Shown here in pieces: positions 30,416-40,570 of a stretch of DNA of 64,000 nt. Position numbers and translations under genes: made by a program. Positions within the stretch are counted from its first letter, which is position 1, and each line of letters begins with the position of its first letter. Under the pieces are notes generated by a model that was not told the origin of the DNA, ran no database searches, and worked only from the letters and a program-made list of their open reading frames with translations. The DNA is taken from the NCBI GenBank assembly GCA_965250215.1, contig CBDFNN010000004.1, positions 2,232,999-2,296,998 of the forward strand, in the 5' to 3' direction. The DNA comes from Rhodothermales bacterium. GTDB taxonomy: Bacteria; Bacteroidota; Rhodothermia; Rhodothermales; DATKEJ01.

Positions 30416-31237
30416 TTGAGTTCGGCACTAGGCCTTTCGGAAAATCCAGAAAATGATTTGATAGAAGGACGGATTATTCGGTCTGAGCAAATACCCGTTT
30501 CTCTGGCGACCAGATGCCATTTCGTTTTTTTCATCGTCTGGTTCTTTTTAATGACGGTTGCCTTTAGCATTTGGCAAATAGTCGCGTACAGATTTTCAAA
30601 ATCACCTGCAGGATTCAAAAAAAGAGGCAAATGGTGGGCGGACTTTATTTTACGCCCAACTGGATATAGGTTGAAGGTCGTCGAAAAGGAGAAACTTAGA
30701 GAGGGCCCTTATATTTTCGTTTCGAATCATCAAAATGCTCTCGACATCCCAGTCCATTTGTCAGGAATACCAGTTCCTTGTGCTTTTGTAGCCAAGGCGG
30801 ATTTGGCGAAGATGCCCTTTCTTGGTTGGGCACTTAGAAGTTCAAATAATATATTCGTCGACCGATCAACAGCTCGAAAGGCTGTTCAATCTCTTAACGA
30901 TGCTGCAGAGCAAATCAAGAAAGGACAGTCTGTACTGATATATCCAGAAGGAAGACGAACCTGGTCGGCAGATATGACCGAATTTCTGAAAGGAGCCTTT
31001 CAGTTAGCAGGGAAAGCAGGGGTCAAAATTGTACCTATAGCTCTGATCAACACCTATGAGTTCATGGATGAGCGAAGGATGGTATCAAAGCCTGGAAAGA
31101 TTGTCTTCGTGATAGGAAGCCCAGTGGAGCTTGACGAAGAATCAAGAAAAAAACCTCTTCTTATATCTGCAAAGGTTCGTGATGCGATTGAAGAACTAAT
31201 TTCCGATGGGAGAAGCCACCTTGCCCCAGTTAAATGA
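30416..31237 (+). CDS. plsC: 1-acyl-sn-glycerol-3-phosphate acyltransferase
   Basis: The HX4D motif is seen as FVSNHQNALD, with FVAKADL and IYPEGRR. TTG start; the exact start is uncertain. Confidence 0.85.
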   Translation: MSSALGLSENPENDLIEGRIIRSEQIPVSLATRCHFVFFIVWFFLMTVAFSIWQIVAYRFSKSPAGFKKRGKWWADFILRPTGYRLKVVEKEKLREGPYIFVSNHQNALDIPVHLSGIPVPCAFVAKADLAKMPFLGWALRSSNNIFVDRSTARKAVQSLNDAAEQIKKGQSVLIYPEGRRTWSADMTEFLKGAFQLAGKAGVKIVPIALINTYEFMDERRMVSKPGKIVFVIGSPVELDEESRKKPLLISAKVRDAIEELISDGRSHLAPVK

Positions 31238-31521
31238 GTATTGATAGGAAGGACGTAGAATACATTGCCCATCTGGCCAGATTGGACTTGAACGAAAAGG
31301 AGATGGATGAGATACAGATCGACCTCAATAAAATCGTCTCATACGTTGACAAGCTCAATGAATTAGATCTGGAGGAAGTGGAGCCTCTTACCCACGTTGT
31401 TGAAATCTCGAATAGATTTCGAAAGGACGAGGTTGTTCAGAGGATTACCAAAGAACAAGCATTAAGAAGTGCGAAAGAAGCCGATGAAGATTATTTCCGA
31501 GTACCAAAGGTGATCGAATAG
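31234..31521 (+). CDS. gatC: Asp-tRNA(Asn)/Glu-tRNA(Gln) amidotransferase subunit C
   Basis: DVEYIAHLARLDLNEKEMDEIQIDLNKIVSYVDKLNELDLEEVEPLTHV. There is a 4-nt overlap (ATGA) with plsC. Confidence 0.9.
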   Translation: MSIDRKDVEYIAHLARLDLNEKEMDEIQIDLNKIVSYVDKLNELDLEEVEPLTHVVEISNRFRKDEVVQRITKEQALRSAKEADEDYFRVPKVIE

Positions 31522-31525
31522 CAAG

Positions 31526-34096
31526 ATGGCGAAAAAGAATAGATCTAAGGCTAGGTCAAAAAGCGCAGAGGCTAAGGCCAAGTCCTCAAGAAGTGCAGAG
31601 GGAGAGAATTCACCCCAGCAGGCAAGGGAGCTCTCAACATCAAGCTTTGAATTAAGCGAAAAATCCAAACATATAATAGCAGTTGTTGTCTTGATAGCTG
31701 TCGGTCTCAGCTACTTTTCACCCGTTATTTTTCAGGGAAAAAACCTTGTTGGAGGTGATACGGTACAGTGGAGAGCTATGGCTCAGTCGATGATTGAACA
31801 TCGTGATGAGACCGGTGAAGAGCCTTTGTGGGCCACTAATATGTTTGGGGGGATGCCGGGATACATGATCAATTATCCTCTGCAGGTTTTTCAAGTAGAT
31901 TCCCTGGTTAGACTCGTTTCTCCATTTATGTGGCCGCTGGCTCAATTCCTTGTCCTCGTTTTTGGAATGTATGGCCTAGTCTATTATCTCAGCCGAAATC
32001 AATGGGCTTCGCTTTTTTCAGCACTTGCGATAGCCTTGACAAGTTATCTGCCGATCCTATTGTTAGCAGGTCACAACTCTAAGTATATCACGATCGCCTA
32101 TGCACCCTGGCTGATTTTGGCCTTTGTTTATCATCTGAAGAGACCGGGTGTTCTATCCAGCCTTCTAGTAGCAGCAGCAGCAGCGATAAATCTTCGTGCC
32201 GGCCATCCTCAAATAACTTACAACCTCGCATTTATTCTTGGTATTTGGTGGATCGTAGATTCCGTTTCGAAAGTTAGGTCTGGAGAATCAAAACAGGCGC
32301 TTAGGACGAGCCTTTACCTGATAGGAGGCGGTGTATTAGCCCTTTTATTGGTTGCACACCCTTATATGGCTCAGTTTGAATACAAGGCATTCACTATGAG
32401 GGGCAGCAACGTAGGGGGAGGAGGGTCAGGACTGGCTTGGGACTATGCCATGGCGTGGAGCCATACTTGGGGAGAACTTGGCACTCTTCTCGTAGCAAAC
32501 CTCTACGGAGGAGGTATGGGTACTTACTGGGGCACAAAGATTTTTACAGCTGGACCTCATTATATAGGTGGTGTTGCGATCGCCCTTGCGATTTATTCTC
32601 TCGTGAGAAATCGAAGTGCTGCGAGTATAGCCTTGGGTATTTCGACCTTCGTTACTCTTGTTTTTTCGACGGGCCGATATACAGAATTTGTCAATCATCT
32701 CTTTTTCGATTACTTCCCATTCTTCTCTTCTTTCAGGGTGCCAGAGAATTGGTTGGCCAGCACGGCTATAGCCATCGCGATTCTTGCGGGACTCGGTCTT
32801 GCTAGACTTGTCGATGATGTAAATACGACATCATTTGATCTAAAAAAAGCCTCGCTCTCCTTCGGTATTCCCTTACTTGTGAGTGCCCTTCTTATGCTAA
32901 TGGGCACATCTTTCCTCGACTTTGAAAGACCGACCGAGTTAGAGAATATTTCGAGACAAATTGCCCAGCAAAATCAGGTAGCCCTCGACAATCCTCAGGT
33001 AAGGCCGGCCGCACAGAGATATCTTGATCAGAGTGTCGCAGAGCGTAGTGAGTTAATGACTAAGGATGCAACTCGAACGGTGATGTTCGTTCTAGTCGCC
33101 TTTGGACTCCTATTTCTATTCGTCCGTCGAAAAATTCCAGTGTCTTTATTTGGGCTTGGTCTTTGTTTATTGGTTCTCTTGGATCTATATGGGGTCGGCA
33201 AACGCCATTTGACAAGTGCGTCTTTTACGAATTCAAACGTAGAGAAAAGTGTCGCCAAGAGGGGCTACGATCAATTCATTTTGGATCGAGTGGCCGAATC
33301 GGGCGGACCAGGACATTTCAGGGTCGCGTCCTTTGCAGCTCCGCCGACTGAGAACTCAAGACCAGCTTATTTCTATGAGTCTGTCTCTGGCTATCATGGC
33401 GCAAAATTGAAGAACTACCAAGTCTATTTGGATGAGCTGGCCTTTACAGATCATGGTTTGCCGTCTCAAAGAGGTATGGAGCTCAATGGGGTAAAATACT
33501 TCGTTGCAAATGGAAGCCTTCCGGGATCTCGATTGGTTCATTCTGATCAAGCTAGTGGTCTTGGGGTTTACGAATTGACTAGAGTCCTATCAAGGGCGTA
33601 TTTCGTTGAAGATGTAGAAGTCATCACCGAGGAAGCAGCGCATCTCTCGCGCCTCAAAGATCCCAATCTTGACCTTTCGAAACGAGCCCTTGTCTTTGAT
33701 CAAATTGACTCCATATCTCCGGCAACAATTGATTCAAATACAGTAGCCAGTGTTCTTTTAGAGAGCTACGGCCCCAGAGAAATTGAGTGGAAAGTAAATA
33801 CGGATCAAGCTAGGTTACTCGTAGCGAGCGAAGTCTATTACCCCGCCGGTTGGACGGCTTTAGTAGACAACGAGCCAGCTCAAATCTTAAGGGTGAATCA
33901 TATGAACAGAGGAGTAGTGGTGCCAGCGGGGTCAAATAGTGTGCGAATGGAGTTTTCTCCGGTTTCGAATACAAGGTCGCTTTGGATTTCCTGGATAAGC
34001 TCGTTTCTGGTCTATCTTGGTATTTTCATTTTCGGTTTGTTACCCCTTTTCAGAAAGAAGAAGAGTCCTGTCCTTGACGAGTCGGAAAATGGATAA
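31526..34096 (+). CDS. Large polytopic membrane protein, YfhO-like (GT-C-type glycosyltransferase suspected)
   Basis: 856 aa with more than 12 hydrophobic segments. The N-terminal pattern GGDTVQWRAMAQSMIEHRDETGEEPLWATNMFGGMPGYMI is one I associate with YfhO family proteins. It has a C-terminal extracytoplasmic domain and a final TM. Confidence 0.55.
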   Translation: MAKKNRSKARSKSAEAKAKSSRSAEGENSPQQARELSTSSFELSEKSKHIIAVVVLIAVGLSYFSPVIFQGKNLVGGDTVQWRAMAQSMIEHRDETGEEPLWATNMFGGMPGYMINYPLQVFQVDSLVRLVSPFMWPLAQFLVLVFGMYGLVYYLSRNQWASLFSALAIALTSYLPILLLAGHNSKYITIAYAPWLILAFVYHLKRPGVLSSLLVAAAAAINLRAGHPQITYNLAFILGIWWIVDSVSKVRSGESKQALRTSLYLIGGGVLALLLVAHPYMAQFEYKAFTMRGSNVGGGGSGLAWDYAMAWSHTWGELGTLLVANLYGGGMGTYWGTKIFTAGPHYIGGVAIALAIYSLVRNRSAASIALGISTFVTLVFSTGRYTEFVNHLFFDYFPFFSSFRVPENWLASTAIAIAILAGLGLARLVDDVNTTSFDLKKASLSFGIPLLVSALLMLMGTSFLDFERPTELENISRQIAQQNQVALDNPQVRPAAQRYLDQSVAERSELMTKDATRTVMFVLVAFGLLFLFVRRKIPVSLFGLGLCLLVLLDLYGVGKRHLTSASFTNSNVEKSVAKRGYDQFILDRVAESGGPGHFRVASFAAPPTENSRPAYFYESVSGYHGAKLKNYQVYLDELAFTDHGLPSQRGMELNGVKYFVANGSLPGSRLVHSDQASGLGVYELTRVLSRAYFVEDVEVITEEAAHLSRLKDPNLDLSKRALVFDQIDSISPATIDSNTVASVLLESYGPREIEWKVNTDQARLLVASEVYYPAGWTALVDNEPAQILRVNHMNRGVVVPAGSNSVRMEFSPVSNTRSLWISWISSFLVYLGIFIFGLLPLFRKKKSPVLDESENG

Positions 34097-34625
34097 ACAT
34101 GTTCGCAGGCATCTTGATCTGCGCTATATCGAGACCTTTTCTTTCTTGGACAAGACTCTTAAGCCACCAGCAAAGATTCTAGATATCGGAAACCGGAACG
34201 AGCTAAGTGATGTGCTGAACGAGAAGGGATTCGAAGTTCTCAATACAGTCGGAGATCTAGATGTGGATCCACAAACGGAATTGAGCAATGATGTTGACGT
34301 GGTAACGGCCTTCGAAATATTTGAGCATATGGTAGCACCTTATAATTTGCTGAAAGACTTGAAAGCGCCAAGGCTATTTGCTAGCGTACCAATGAGACTT
34401 TGGTTTAAGTCTGCATATAGAAATAAAAAGGATCATTGGGACAGCCATTATCACGAGTTTGAAGATTGGCAATTCGATTGGTTGCTTGATAAAGCAGGTT
34501 GGGAAATTGTAAGGTCAAAAAAGTGGACAAGCCCGACTAGTGAAATTGGAATCCGGCCCCTTCTTCGTCGATACACAAATCGCTACTACATGGTCGAGGC
34601 GGTTAGAAAGAAGTCTCAATCTTGA
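34089..34625 (+). CDS. Class I methyltransferase-fold protein with a degenerate SAM loop
   Basis: I used the internal ATG at 34089 (MDKHVRR), which overlaps the YfhO-like stop by 8 nt. Motif I reads ILDIGNRNE instead of the expected ILDIGCGxG. The later motif VVTAFEIFEHM is retained. Confidence 0.45.
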   Translation: MDKHVRRHLDLRYIETFSFLDKTLKPPAKILDIGNRNELSDVLNEKGFEVLNTVGDLDVDPQTELSNDVDVVTAFEIFEHMVAPYNLLKDLKAPRLFASVPMRLWFKSAYRNKKDHWDSHYHEFEDWQFDWLLDKAGWEIVRSKKWTSPTSEIGIRPLLRRYTNRYYMVEAVRKKSQS

Positions 34626-35944
34626 GAAAGGTCCTCCTAATAAGCTATTACTTTCCGCCTGCAGGAGGCGTCTCTGTGCAGCGAGTACTAAAGTTTACAA
34701 AGTACCTTGCTAGATTTGGCTGGGAGCCTGTGGTCCTTACCGTCGGAAATGGTGCCTATCCCGTCATTGATGAAACGCTTGCTCGCCAAATACCTCCTGA
34801 AACAAAAGTAAGGCGAGTTTCTTCGTGGGACCCTTTCGCTTATTACGCCAGATTCGTCGGAAAAGAGAAGGGAGCTAGCACAAGTTTTTCGAGCGAAAAG
34901 GAAGTGGATTGGAGGGAGAGTCTTTCTCGGAGCATTCGAGGAAATCTTTTTATTCCCGATGCACGCCGTGCTTGGGTCAAACCGGCGATTAAAGCGGGGC
35001 TTGATTTGGTAAACAGGGAGGGGATCGAGGCAATTATTAGTTCGGGACCTCCTCATTCTACCCATTTAATTGCTCGCGGGATCAAGAGAAAGACAGGGAT
35101 AGCCTGGATCGCCGACTTTAGGGATTTATGGACTGAAATCGACTATAAGGATCAAATGCCGCAGTCAAAATTAGCGGCTTGGTTCGACGCAAACTACGAA
35201 AGGAGTGTTCTTCTTGAAGCCGATATGGTTTCCACAGTCAGTCCGTCTTGTAAAACGAGCCTCGAGTCGATTGAAGACTCGATTGATTGTAAAGTGATTG
35301 CAAACGGCTTCGATCCGGACGACTATTCTTCTTTTGGAAAGCCCGCCCCATCTGATAGATTTACCCTTACTTACGCCGGCACTTTAGGACCAACAAGGAA
35401 TCCAAGTTCTTTGTGGAGGGCCATATCTCACATGCGTAGCAAAGGCTTTCTGAAACACCTTCAACTACGGTTTTTTGGCTCTGTCGACGCTAGTGTTCGC
35501 CGGGAAATCTTGAGAAATAGTCTGGACGATATTTGTGATTTTGCTGGCGCAGTTTCTCACTCAAATGTGTTGCAGGAAATGCTTGAAAGCAATCTCCTTT
35601 TATTGCTGATAAACCGTGTATCCGAAAAAACGATGGCCGGAATAACTCCGGGAAAGATGTTTGAATACATGGCCAGTGGAGTACCAATTTTAGGCTTGGG
35701 TTCGTCTGAAGGAGATGCGGCTAAAATACTCTTGGAGACAGATTCAGGCGAAATGCTAGATTATGACGATCAAGAGGGTCTGGAATCAGTTTTGGCTCGT
35801 TTATATCGAACTTGGGAAGAAGAAAGACAGACAGAAGTGAAAGGACTTCGGATCTCAGATGAGGTCTTGAAAAAGTATAATCGGATTGAGCAATCAAGAA
35901 TGATGGCAGAATATCTCGATTTTATAGCGAAGGGAAAGGTCTAA
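34622..35944 (+). CDS. Glycosyltransferase family 4
   Basis: TTG start with a 4-nt overlap. N-terminus MRKVLLISYYFPPAGGVSVQRVLKFTKYL. C-terminal GT-B motif PGKMFEYMASGVPILG. Confidence 0.8.
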   Translation: MRKVLLISYYFPPAGGVSVQRVLKFTKYLARFGWEPVVLTVGNGAYPVIDETLARQIPPETKVRRVSSWDPFAYYARFVGKEKGASTSFSSEKEVDWRESLSRSIRGNLFIPDARRAWVKPAIKAGLDLVNREGIEAIISSGPPHSTHLIARGIKRKTGIAWIADFRDLWTEIDYKDQMPQSKLAAWFDANYERSVLLEADMVSTVSPSCKTSLESIEDSIDCKVIANGFDPDDYSSFGKPAPSDRFTLTYAGTLGPTRNPSSLWRAISHMRSKGFLKHLQLRFFGSVDASVRREILRNSLDDICDFAGAVSHSNVLQEMLESNLLLLLINRVSEKTMAGITPGKMFEYMASGVPILGLGSSEGDAAKILLETDSGEMLDYDDQEGLESVLARLYRTWEEERQTEVKGLRISDEVLKKYNRIEQSRMMAEYLDFIAKGKV

Positions 35945-35954
35945 GATGCGCCTT

Positions 35955-37151
35955 TCAATCTGTCGCAGACAGCTCTCTGTATAGCTTGATCAATTCCCGT
36001 GCGCTTTCTTGCCAATTGTATTTAGCTGTAACGGCTTGAAGACCACGCTCGCCCATTGCTTGACGTTTGGTGAGCTCCAATTCTGCCAAATTGCCCATTT
36101 GCTTGGCAAATGATTCGGCGTCTCGGGATTCAAAAATATATCCCGTCTGAGTCTCTTTTACTATTCGTGCCAAGGGATCGCAATTAGATACGAGCACCGG
36201 TTTCGATTGGTACATATACTGGAATAGTTTATGTGGAATTGTGCTGTCAGTATGATCTGTTTTAAGATGAGGTATGACCCCGACATTGCCAGCCTTGATA
36301 AATGATCGCATACTTTCTATCGGCATTCGCCCTGTAAACTCTATATGTTCATCGAGACCCATCTTGCTTGAAAGAGCACGAAGGTTCCCCTCTGTTCGCC
36401 CTGATCCTACTATGAGAAGCTTGAATTGTGGATGCCTCTCGATCAACATAGGCAGTCCTTCAATCATTGTATCTAATCCTCGATGTGCATCGATACCTCC
36501 AACATAGACCGCAACAAATCTCTCGTGCCCTTTAGACAAAATCGATGCCTCATCTGGATATCGATCAAATTCTCGTCGGTTGACTGTATTCGAAACGATT
36601 GAGACTTTCTCAGGCGGGACACCTAAGCTCGCAAGTCGATTTCGGGCTTCCTCCACCACGACAATTACTCGGTCAACGAGTTTTAGCGCAGCGAGCTCTT
36701 TTCTTTGCCAGCGTTTCGGTGAAACCAATTTGTTTACAAAGCGGCCGCTGCTCCATGCATAATGATTTAGGGCGGCAGGATAATTTTCGTGTAGATCGGA
36801 GACGATACTAATTTTACCCAGACCAGCTTTTATGCAACCTGTCAGCAGGGGGAGGTCGTGAACATGCAAACAGTCATATTTAGACTTTCCAAGTTGAGAT
36901 CTTACTTGTTTTTCTACAAACCGATCGAAGAATCCAAAGCGCGAAGCAAGACCTTTCGATTTATTAAATCGAAAAGTAGAAACAGAAGAATGGATGACCT
37001 GAATTCCTCGATGATTGAAGCTCTTTTTCGAATTCCCACCAAAAAGACAAAGTAGAGTTAGCTCGTGGCCAGACTCGATGAGTGAAATAGCTTCGTTTTC
37101 GACTCGAATGTCCGTTGGAAATTCGAGGTCGAGAACCATCAAGATTCTCAT
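35955..37151 (-). CDS. Glycosyltransferase family 4 (GT-B)
   Basis: MRILMVLD, HVHDLPLL, YVGGIDAHRGLD and PHKLFQYMYQSKPVLVS (E/KxxxxxE-like region). Confidence 0.8.
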   Translation of the reverse strand: MRILMVLDLEFPTDIRVENEAISLIESGHELTLLCLFGGNSKKSFNHRGIQVIHSSVSTFRFNKSKGLASRFGFFDRFVEKQVRSQLGKSKYDCLHVHDLPLLTGCIKAGLGKISIVSDLHENYPAALNHYAWSSGRFVNKLVSPKRWQRKELAALKLVDRVIVVVEEARNRLASLGVPPEKVSIVSNTVNRREFDRYPDEASILSKGHERFVAVYVGGIDAHRGLDTMIEGLPMLIERHPQFKLLIVGSGRTEGNLRALSSKMGLDEHIEFTGRMPIESMRSFIKAGNVGVIPHLKTDHTDSTIPHKLFQYMYQSKPVLVSNCDPLARIVKETQTGYIFESRDAESFAKQMGNLAELELTKRQAMGERGLQAVTAKYNWQESARELIKLYRELSATD

Positions 37152-37248
37152 CCTCTATACCTTTTGGATCGTTTCATCTCTCTCTGCATAAAGGAAACTA
37201 GTGAAAAGGATTTTTGATTACTTTGCCTAGACAAAAGATTGCTTATTC

Positions 37249-38238
37249 GTGAAAGCTAGGTTCGAAAAATTATTGTATTGGGTCATCTCTCCGTCTCGAA
37301 AGAGTCGTGTCAGAGAACGCGACCCTCGCCGTCTATGGACAGCGATTGTCTCAGCGATACTTGCCATGGTGGTTTGGTTTGTGGTCAGTATGAGGCAAAA
37401 CTGGACGATTGAGCAAAATATTCAAACTCAGTTGGTCAACGTGCCTGATGGATTTGCGCCCTCTGCTGAGCTCCCTGATTCCGTCAGAGCGGAATTTTCT
37501 GGACCGGGCTGGGCTTTGTTACCCGTTCATCTAGAGCCACTCAATCTCTCCATACAAGCACCGAATGAGGGTGGAGAGGTACGACTGAACGAGGAGTTGG
37601 CTCATCAAATGCCTCCGGGGGTAAACTTACTTAGCCTAGCGACAGAGAGAGTTCAGGTTGATTTGGACGAGAGATTGACGAAGACCATTCCGATTCGGCT
37701 TAGGTCGCAATTGATGACCACTAATCCGGAGTATGGATTAAGGGGCAACCCAACTGTGAGTCCTGACTCCATAACCGTTTCAGGTGCACGCTCGATATTA
37801 GAATCGATGGAGTATTGGCCAACCGAGATGTATAAAAATGTTAATCTAGGAACGAGCGGTATCACGGTATCAATTCCAGTCTTAGATTCTCTCGATACTA
37901 TTATTCAGAGAAACGTTGATCAAGTGGAGCTTGTGATTCCTGTGACTCAATTTACCGAGGTGGTTCGAGTCCTTCCGGTGGAGCTCGAAGACTCAGTGCC
38001 AGGAGAAAACGAATATCGTTTTCAACCGAATCAAGTTCGTGTCCGCTTTCAGGTACCGATCGATCAATACGAAAGAGCTGGGCAGGCCTACTTTAAGGTT
38101 ATCGCTCGTCGTGAAAGTATCCGACAAGATTATGGAACGGGAGTTATCCGATTGGACATAGACAGGTCGCAAGATCTAATTATTTCGAATCTTCGACTCG
38201 AACCAAATCGGGTTGAGTTTTATGTGATCGCTGAGTAA
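37249..38238 (+). CDS. YbbR domain-containing protein (CdaR-like)
   Basis: GTG start and one N-terminal TM. Repeated units of about 85 aa match the YbbR pattern (V.V.V...P.G......P..V.V.G). Confidence 0.6.
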   Translation: MKARFEKLLYWVISPSRKSRVRERDPRRLWTAIVSAILAMVVWFVVSMRQNWTIEQNIQTQLVNVPDGFAPSAELPDSVRAEFSGPGWALLPVHLEPLNLSIQAPNEGGEVRLNEELAHQMPPGVNLLSLATERVQVDLDERLTKTIPIRLRSQLMTTNPEYGLRGNPTVSPDSITVSGARSILESMEYWPTEMYKNVNLGTSGITVSIPVLDSLDTIIQRNVDQVELVIPVTQFTEVVRVLPVELEDSVPGENEYRFQPNQVRVRFQVPIDQYERAGQAYFKVIARRESIRQDYGTGVIRLDIDRSQDLIISNLRLEPNRVEFYVIAE

Positions 38239-39632
38239 GCCCTTGTCGCCCATTCTGCGAGCTGAGGCCTAGAGTATTTCAATCGATGTTTTGAAAGGGG
38301 TGGCAGAGGAAAGAAATGATCTGGCTGCATAAAGCCGGCTAAATCGATCTCAAGCGTCTCTTGAAGTTCAGTCGCGATTTCTGAAGAATAAGGCTGGATA
38401 AGAGCTACCGGTCTGAAACCCCATTTTTCATGATCCACTGGAACGACCCAACACTGCTGGACCAGCCCAGTCTTCGTAACTTCTTTCTCGATTAGTTCTG
38501 GATGAATGTTCTCACCTCCACTGATGAACATATTGTCCATGCGGCCTAGAACATAGAGTTGGCCATCTTCACCAAAATGTCCGAGATCCCCGGTGGGGAA
38601 ATGAGCCACGCTATTTTGATAGACGGTTGAAATGTGATCGCCGTTTATCTTTGAGCATAGACACTCGCCACCAAGCAATATCTCTCCACTTTCAGAAATC
38701 TTTACACTTCGATATGGGAGGACTTGGCCAGATCGAGTCGGCGATTCGGAAAGCAAGGGAAGACTAGTAGTGGTAATTTGTGAAGCCATTTCGGTTGAGC
38801 CATAACTGAGATGAACTGGAATGCCCAGTCTATCGGCGGTCGTGACCACTTCTGATGGAACAGCACTTCCGCCGAGTAGCACGTGCTTCAAAGATGTGCC
38901 TTCATTCGGAGTGAAGGTGCTCACCAGGGTTCGAAATTGACTCAGAACCAAAGATGCGTGTGTGACTTCTTCCTGACTGATCAGATTCGCTATGTTTTTG
39001 TCATCGCTAGAGACAATGCAGGCTCCAGCGAAAAAACATCGAAATAGAATAGAAAGGCCACCCATATGATAGGCTGGTAGTATCCAGAGCCATCGATCGT
39101 CTGAAGACAATTCAATATTTCTACTGGATCCGAGAGCACTATAGGCATGTGCTCTAAACTCGTGATGTATGTCCTTGGCTTTTGCTGTAGAGCCAGAGCT
39201 AAAAAGGATTGTGCCGGCTTTGGCAAGATCTATTTCAGCGAAATTGGTATGCCCATCGGCTCCAGGCATGTCCTTGAGAAATTCGGTACTAAGAAGGTCG
39301 TCCGGATTTAGTGAAAGCTGAGAAAGTCTTTTTCTATTATCAGCCTTTGAATCTTGTGGATTCAGCACGACGACTTGCTTCGCAGCCCTCATTAGGGACC
39401 AAAAAATGACGATAAAGTCTGGAGTCCTGGAGAAATAGATAGCGACTCGTTCTTCTAATTCTGCTTCTTCAATCAAAAGACAGGCGTGTGAGATCCGCTC
39501 GTCAAGTTCTTTGTAGGAATACTCGCGATTGTCAATTCGCAGGGCAAGTGCATCGCCCTTGATCTCAGCCCAAAAAGAGACGGGACAGCGAATAGCAGGG
39601 GATTGGAGATTCTCTCGTGTTAGAAGTGCCAA
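38220..39632 (-). CDS. menE: O-succinylbenzoate--CoA ligase (AMP-binding family)
   Basis: AMP-binding motifs ILFSSGSTAKAK, YGSTE and PTGDLG. The assignment rests on its position at the end of the men operon. Its 3' end overlaps the convergent ybbR-like gene by 19 nt. Confidence 0.7.
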   Translation of the reverse strand: MALLTRENLQSPAIRCPVSFWAEIKGDALALRIDNREYSYKELDERISHACLLIEEAELEERVAIYFSRTPDFIVIFWSLMRAAKQVVVLNPQDSKADNRKRLSQLSLNPDDLLSTEFLKDMPGADGHTNFAEIDLAKAGTILFSSGSTAKAKDIHHEFRAHAYSALGSSRNIELSSDDRWLWILPAYHMGGLSILFRCFFAGACIVSSDDKNIANLISQEEVTHASLVLSQFRTLVSTFTPNEGTSLKHVLLGGSAVPSEVVTTADRLGIPVHLSYGSTEMASQITTTSLPLLSESPTRSGQVLPYRSVKISESGEILLGGECLCSKINGDHISTVYQNSVAHFPTGDLGHFGEDGQLYVLGRMDNMFISGGENIHPELIEKEVTKTGLVQQCWVVPVDHEKWGFRPVALIQPYSSEIATELQETLEIDLAGFMQPDHFFPLPPLSKHRLKYSRPQLAEWATRAYSAIT

Positions 39633-40570
39633 AGAATTGCTAGGCCAAGGTTGAATGCCAAAGCAATCTTTGCTGTTTGGCCGAGTATAGGATTCAATTT
39701 TTCACCACCTGTTTCATGGAGAACGATTTTGAAGGCGGGAATGGAAAAAAGTATGGCAAAGCTAGCTGCAATACTCATTCTATGATTTCCAGAAGAGATA
39801 TATAATAGCATAGGAAGAAGGCAAGCGCCGCAAATGCACACGATGTATTCCCATCTAGCGAAACCTCGACCGAATCTAACGGCAAGGGTTTTTTTATTAA
39901 CAAGTCGGTCCTCGTCAATGTCTCGCAGATTGTTAACGGCCAGGAGCGCAACAGAAAAGAGACCAGGGGCCAGTCCTATTAAAATAGATTCATTTGACCA
40001 GGTCATGGCCTGAGCGAAATAGGTACCGGCAACTGCAACGGGTCCAAAAAATACCAAAACAAAAAGGTCACCAAGCCCGATGTATCCCAGAGGTTTGGGA
40101 CCCGCCGTGTAAAGAATACCTGAAATAATTGAGCAGATTCCGATAGCTAAAAGGGGCCAGCCTGCACGGTAGACCAATACGAGGCCGAGGAGAAAGGAAA
40201 AAGTAAAAACGGCAACGATGGCCCTTTTCATTTCACTTTTAGACAATAGGCCGGCTTGAATTACTCGAAGAGGGCCTTGTCTTGAATCGCTGTCAGCTCC
40301 TTTCTCAAAGTCGGATATGTCGTTTACGAAGTTAGTGGCTACCTGAATTCCTATCGAGATGACAAGTGTGGCCAGTGCAACCCAAAGGACAAACATGTTG
40401 TCATAGTAGGCTATTGACGAACCAAGAACGACTGGAACGAAAGCAGCCCAAAGGGTCTTTGGTCTTGTGGCAAGAATCCAAGCTTTGGTCTTGGAGACTT
40501 CGGGATTCTGTATCGCCACTTTATTAGGGGTTGCGAGTGAATTTATCGAACTCTGGGGGACGCTTCTCAT
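39620..40570 (-). CDS. menA: 1,4-dihydroxy-2-naphthoate polyprenyltransferase (UbiA family)
   Basis: [11 protein letters not shown], the NDxxDxxxD-type motif [13 protein letters not shown], and a polytopic profile. An alternative GTG start at 40519 would remove the 47-nt overlap with menB. Confidence 0.85.
   Translation of the reverse strand: MRSVPQSSINSLATPNKVAIQNPEVSKTKAWILATRPKTLWAAFVPVVLGSSIAYYDNMFVLWVALATLVISIGIQVATNFVNDISDFEKGADSDSRQGPLRVIQAGLLSKSEMKRAIVAVFTFSFLLGLVLVYRAGWPLLAIGICSIISGILYTAGPKPLGYIGLGDLFVLVFFGPVAVAGTYFAQAMTWSNESILIGLAPGLFSVALLAVNNLRDIDEDRLVNKKTLAVRFGRGFARWEYIVCICGACLLPMLLYISSGNHRMSIAASFAILFSIPAFKIVLHETGGEKLNPILGQTAKIALAFNLGLAILWHF

Noticed and set aside
37249-38238. 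The YbbR/CdaR-like gene as an indicator of a c-di-AMP (cdaA-cdaR-glmM) module.
   Set aside because: No diadenylate cyclase or glmM is adjacent. Stand-alone YbbR-domain proteins are common, so no signalling module can be claimed from this window.
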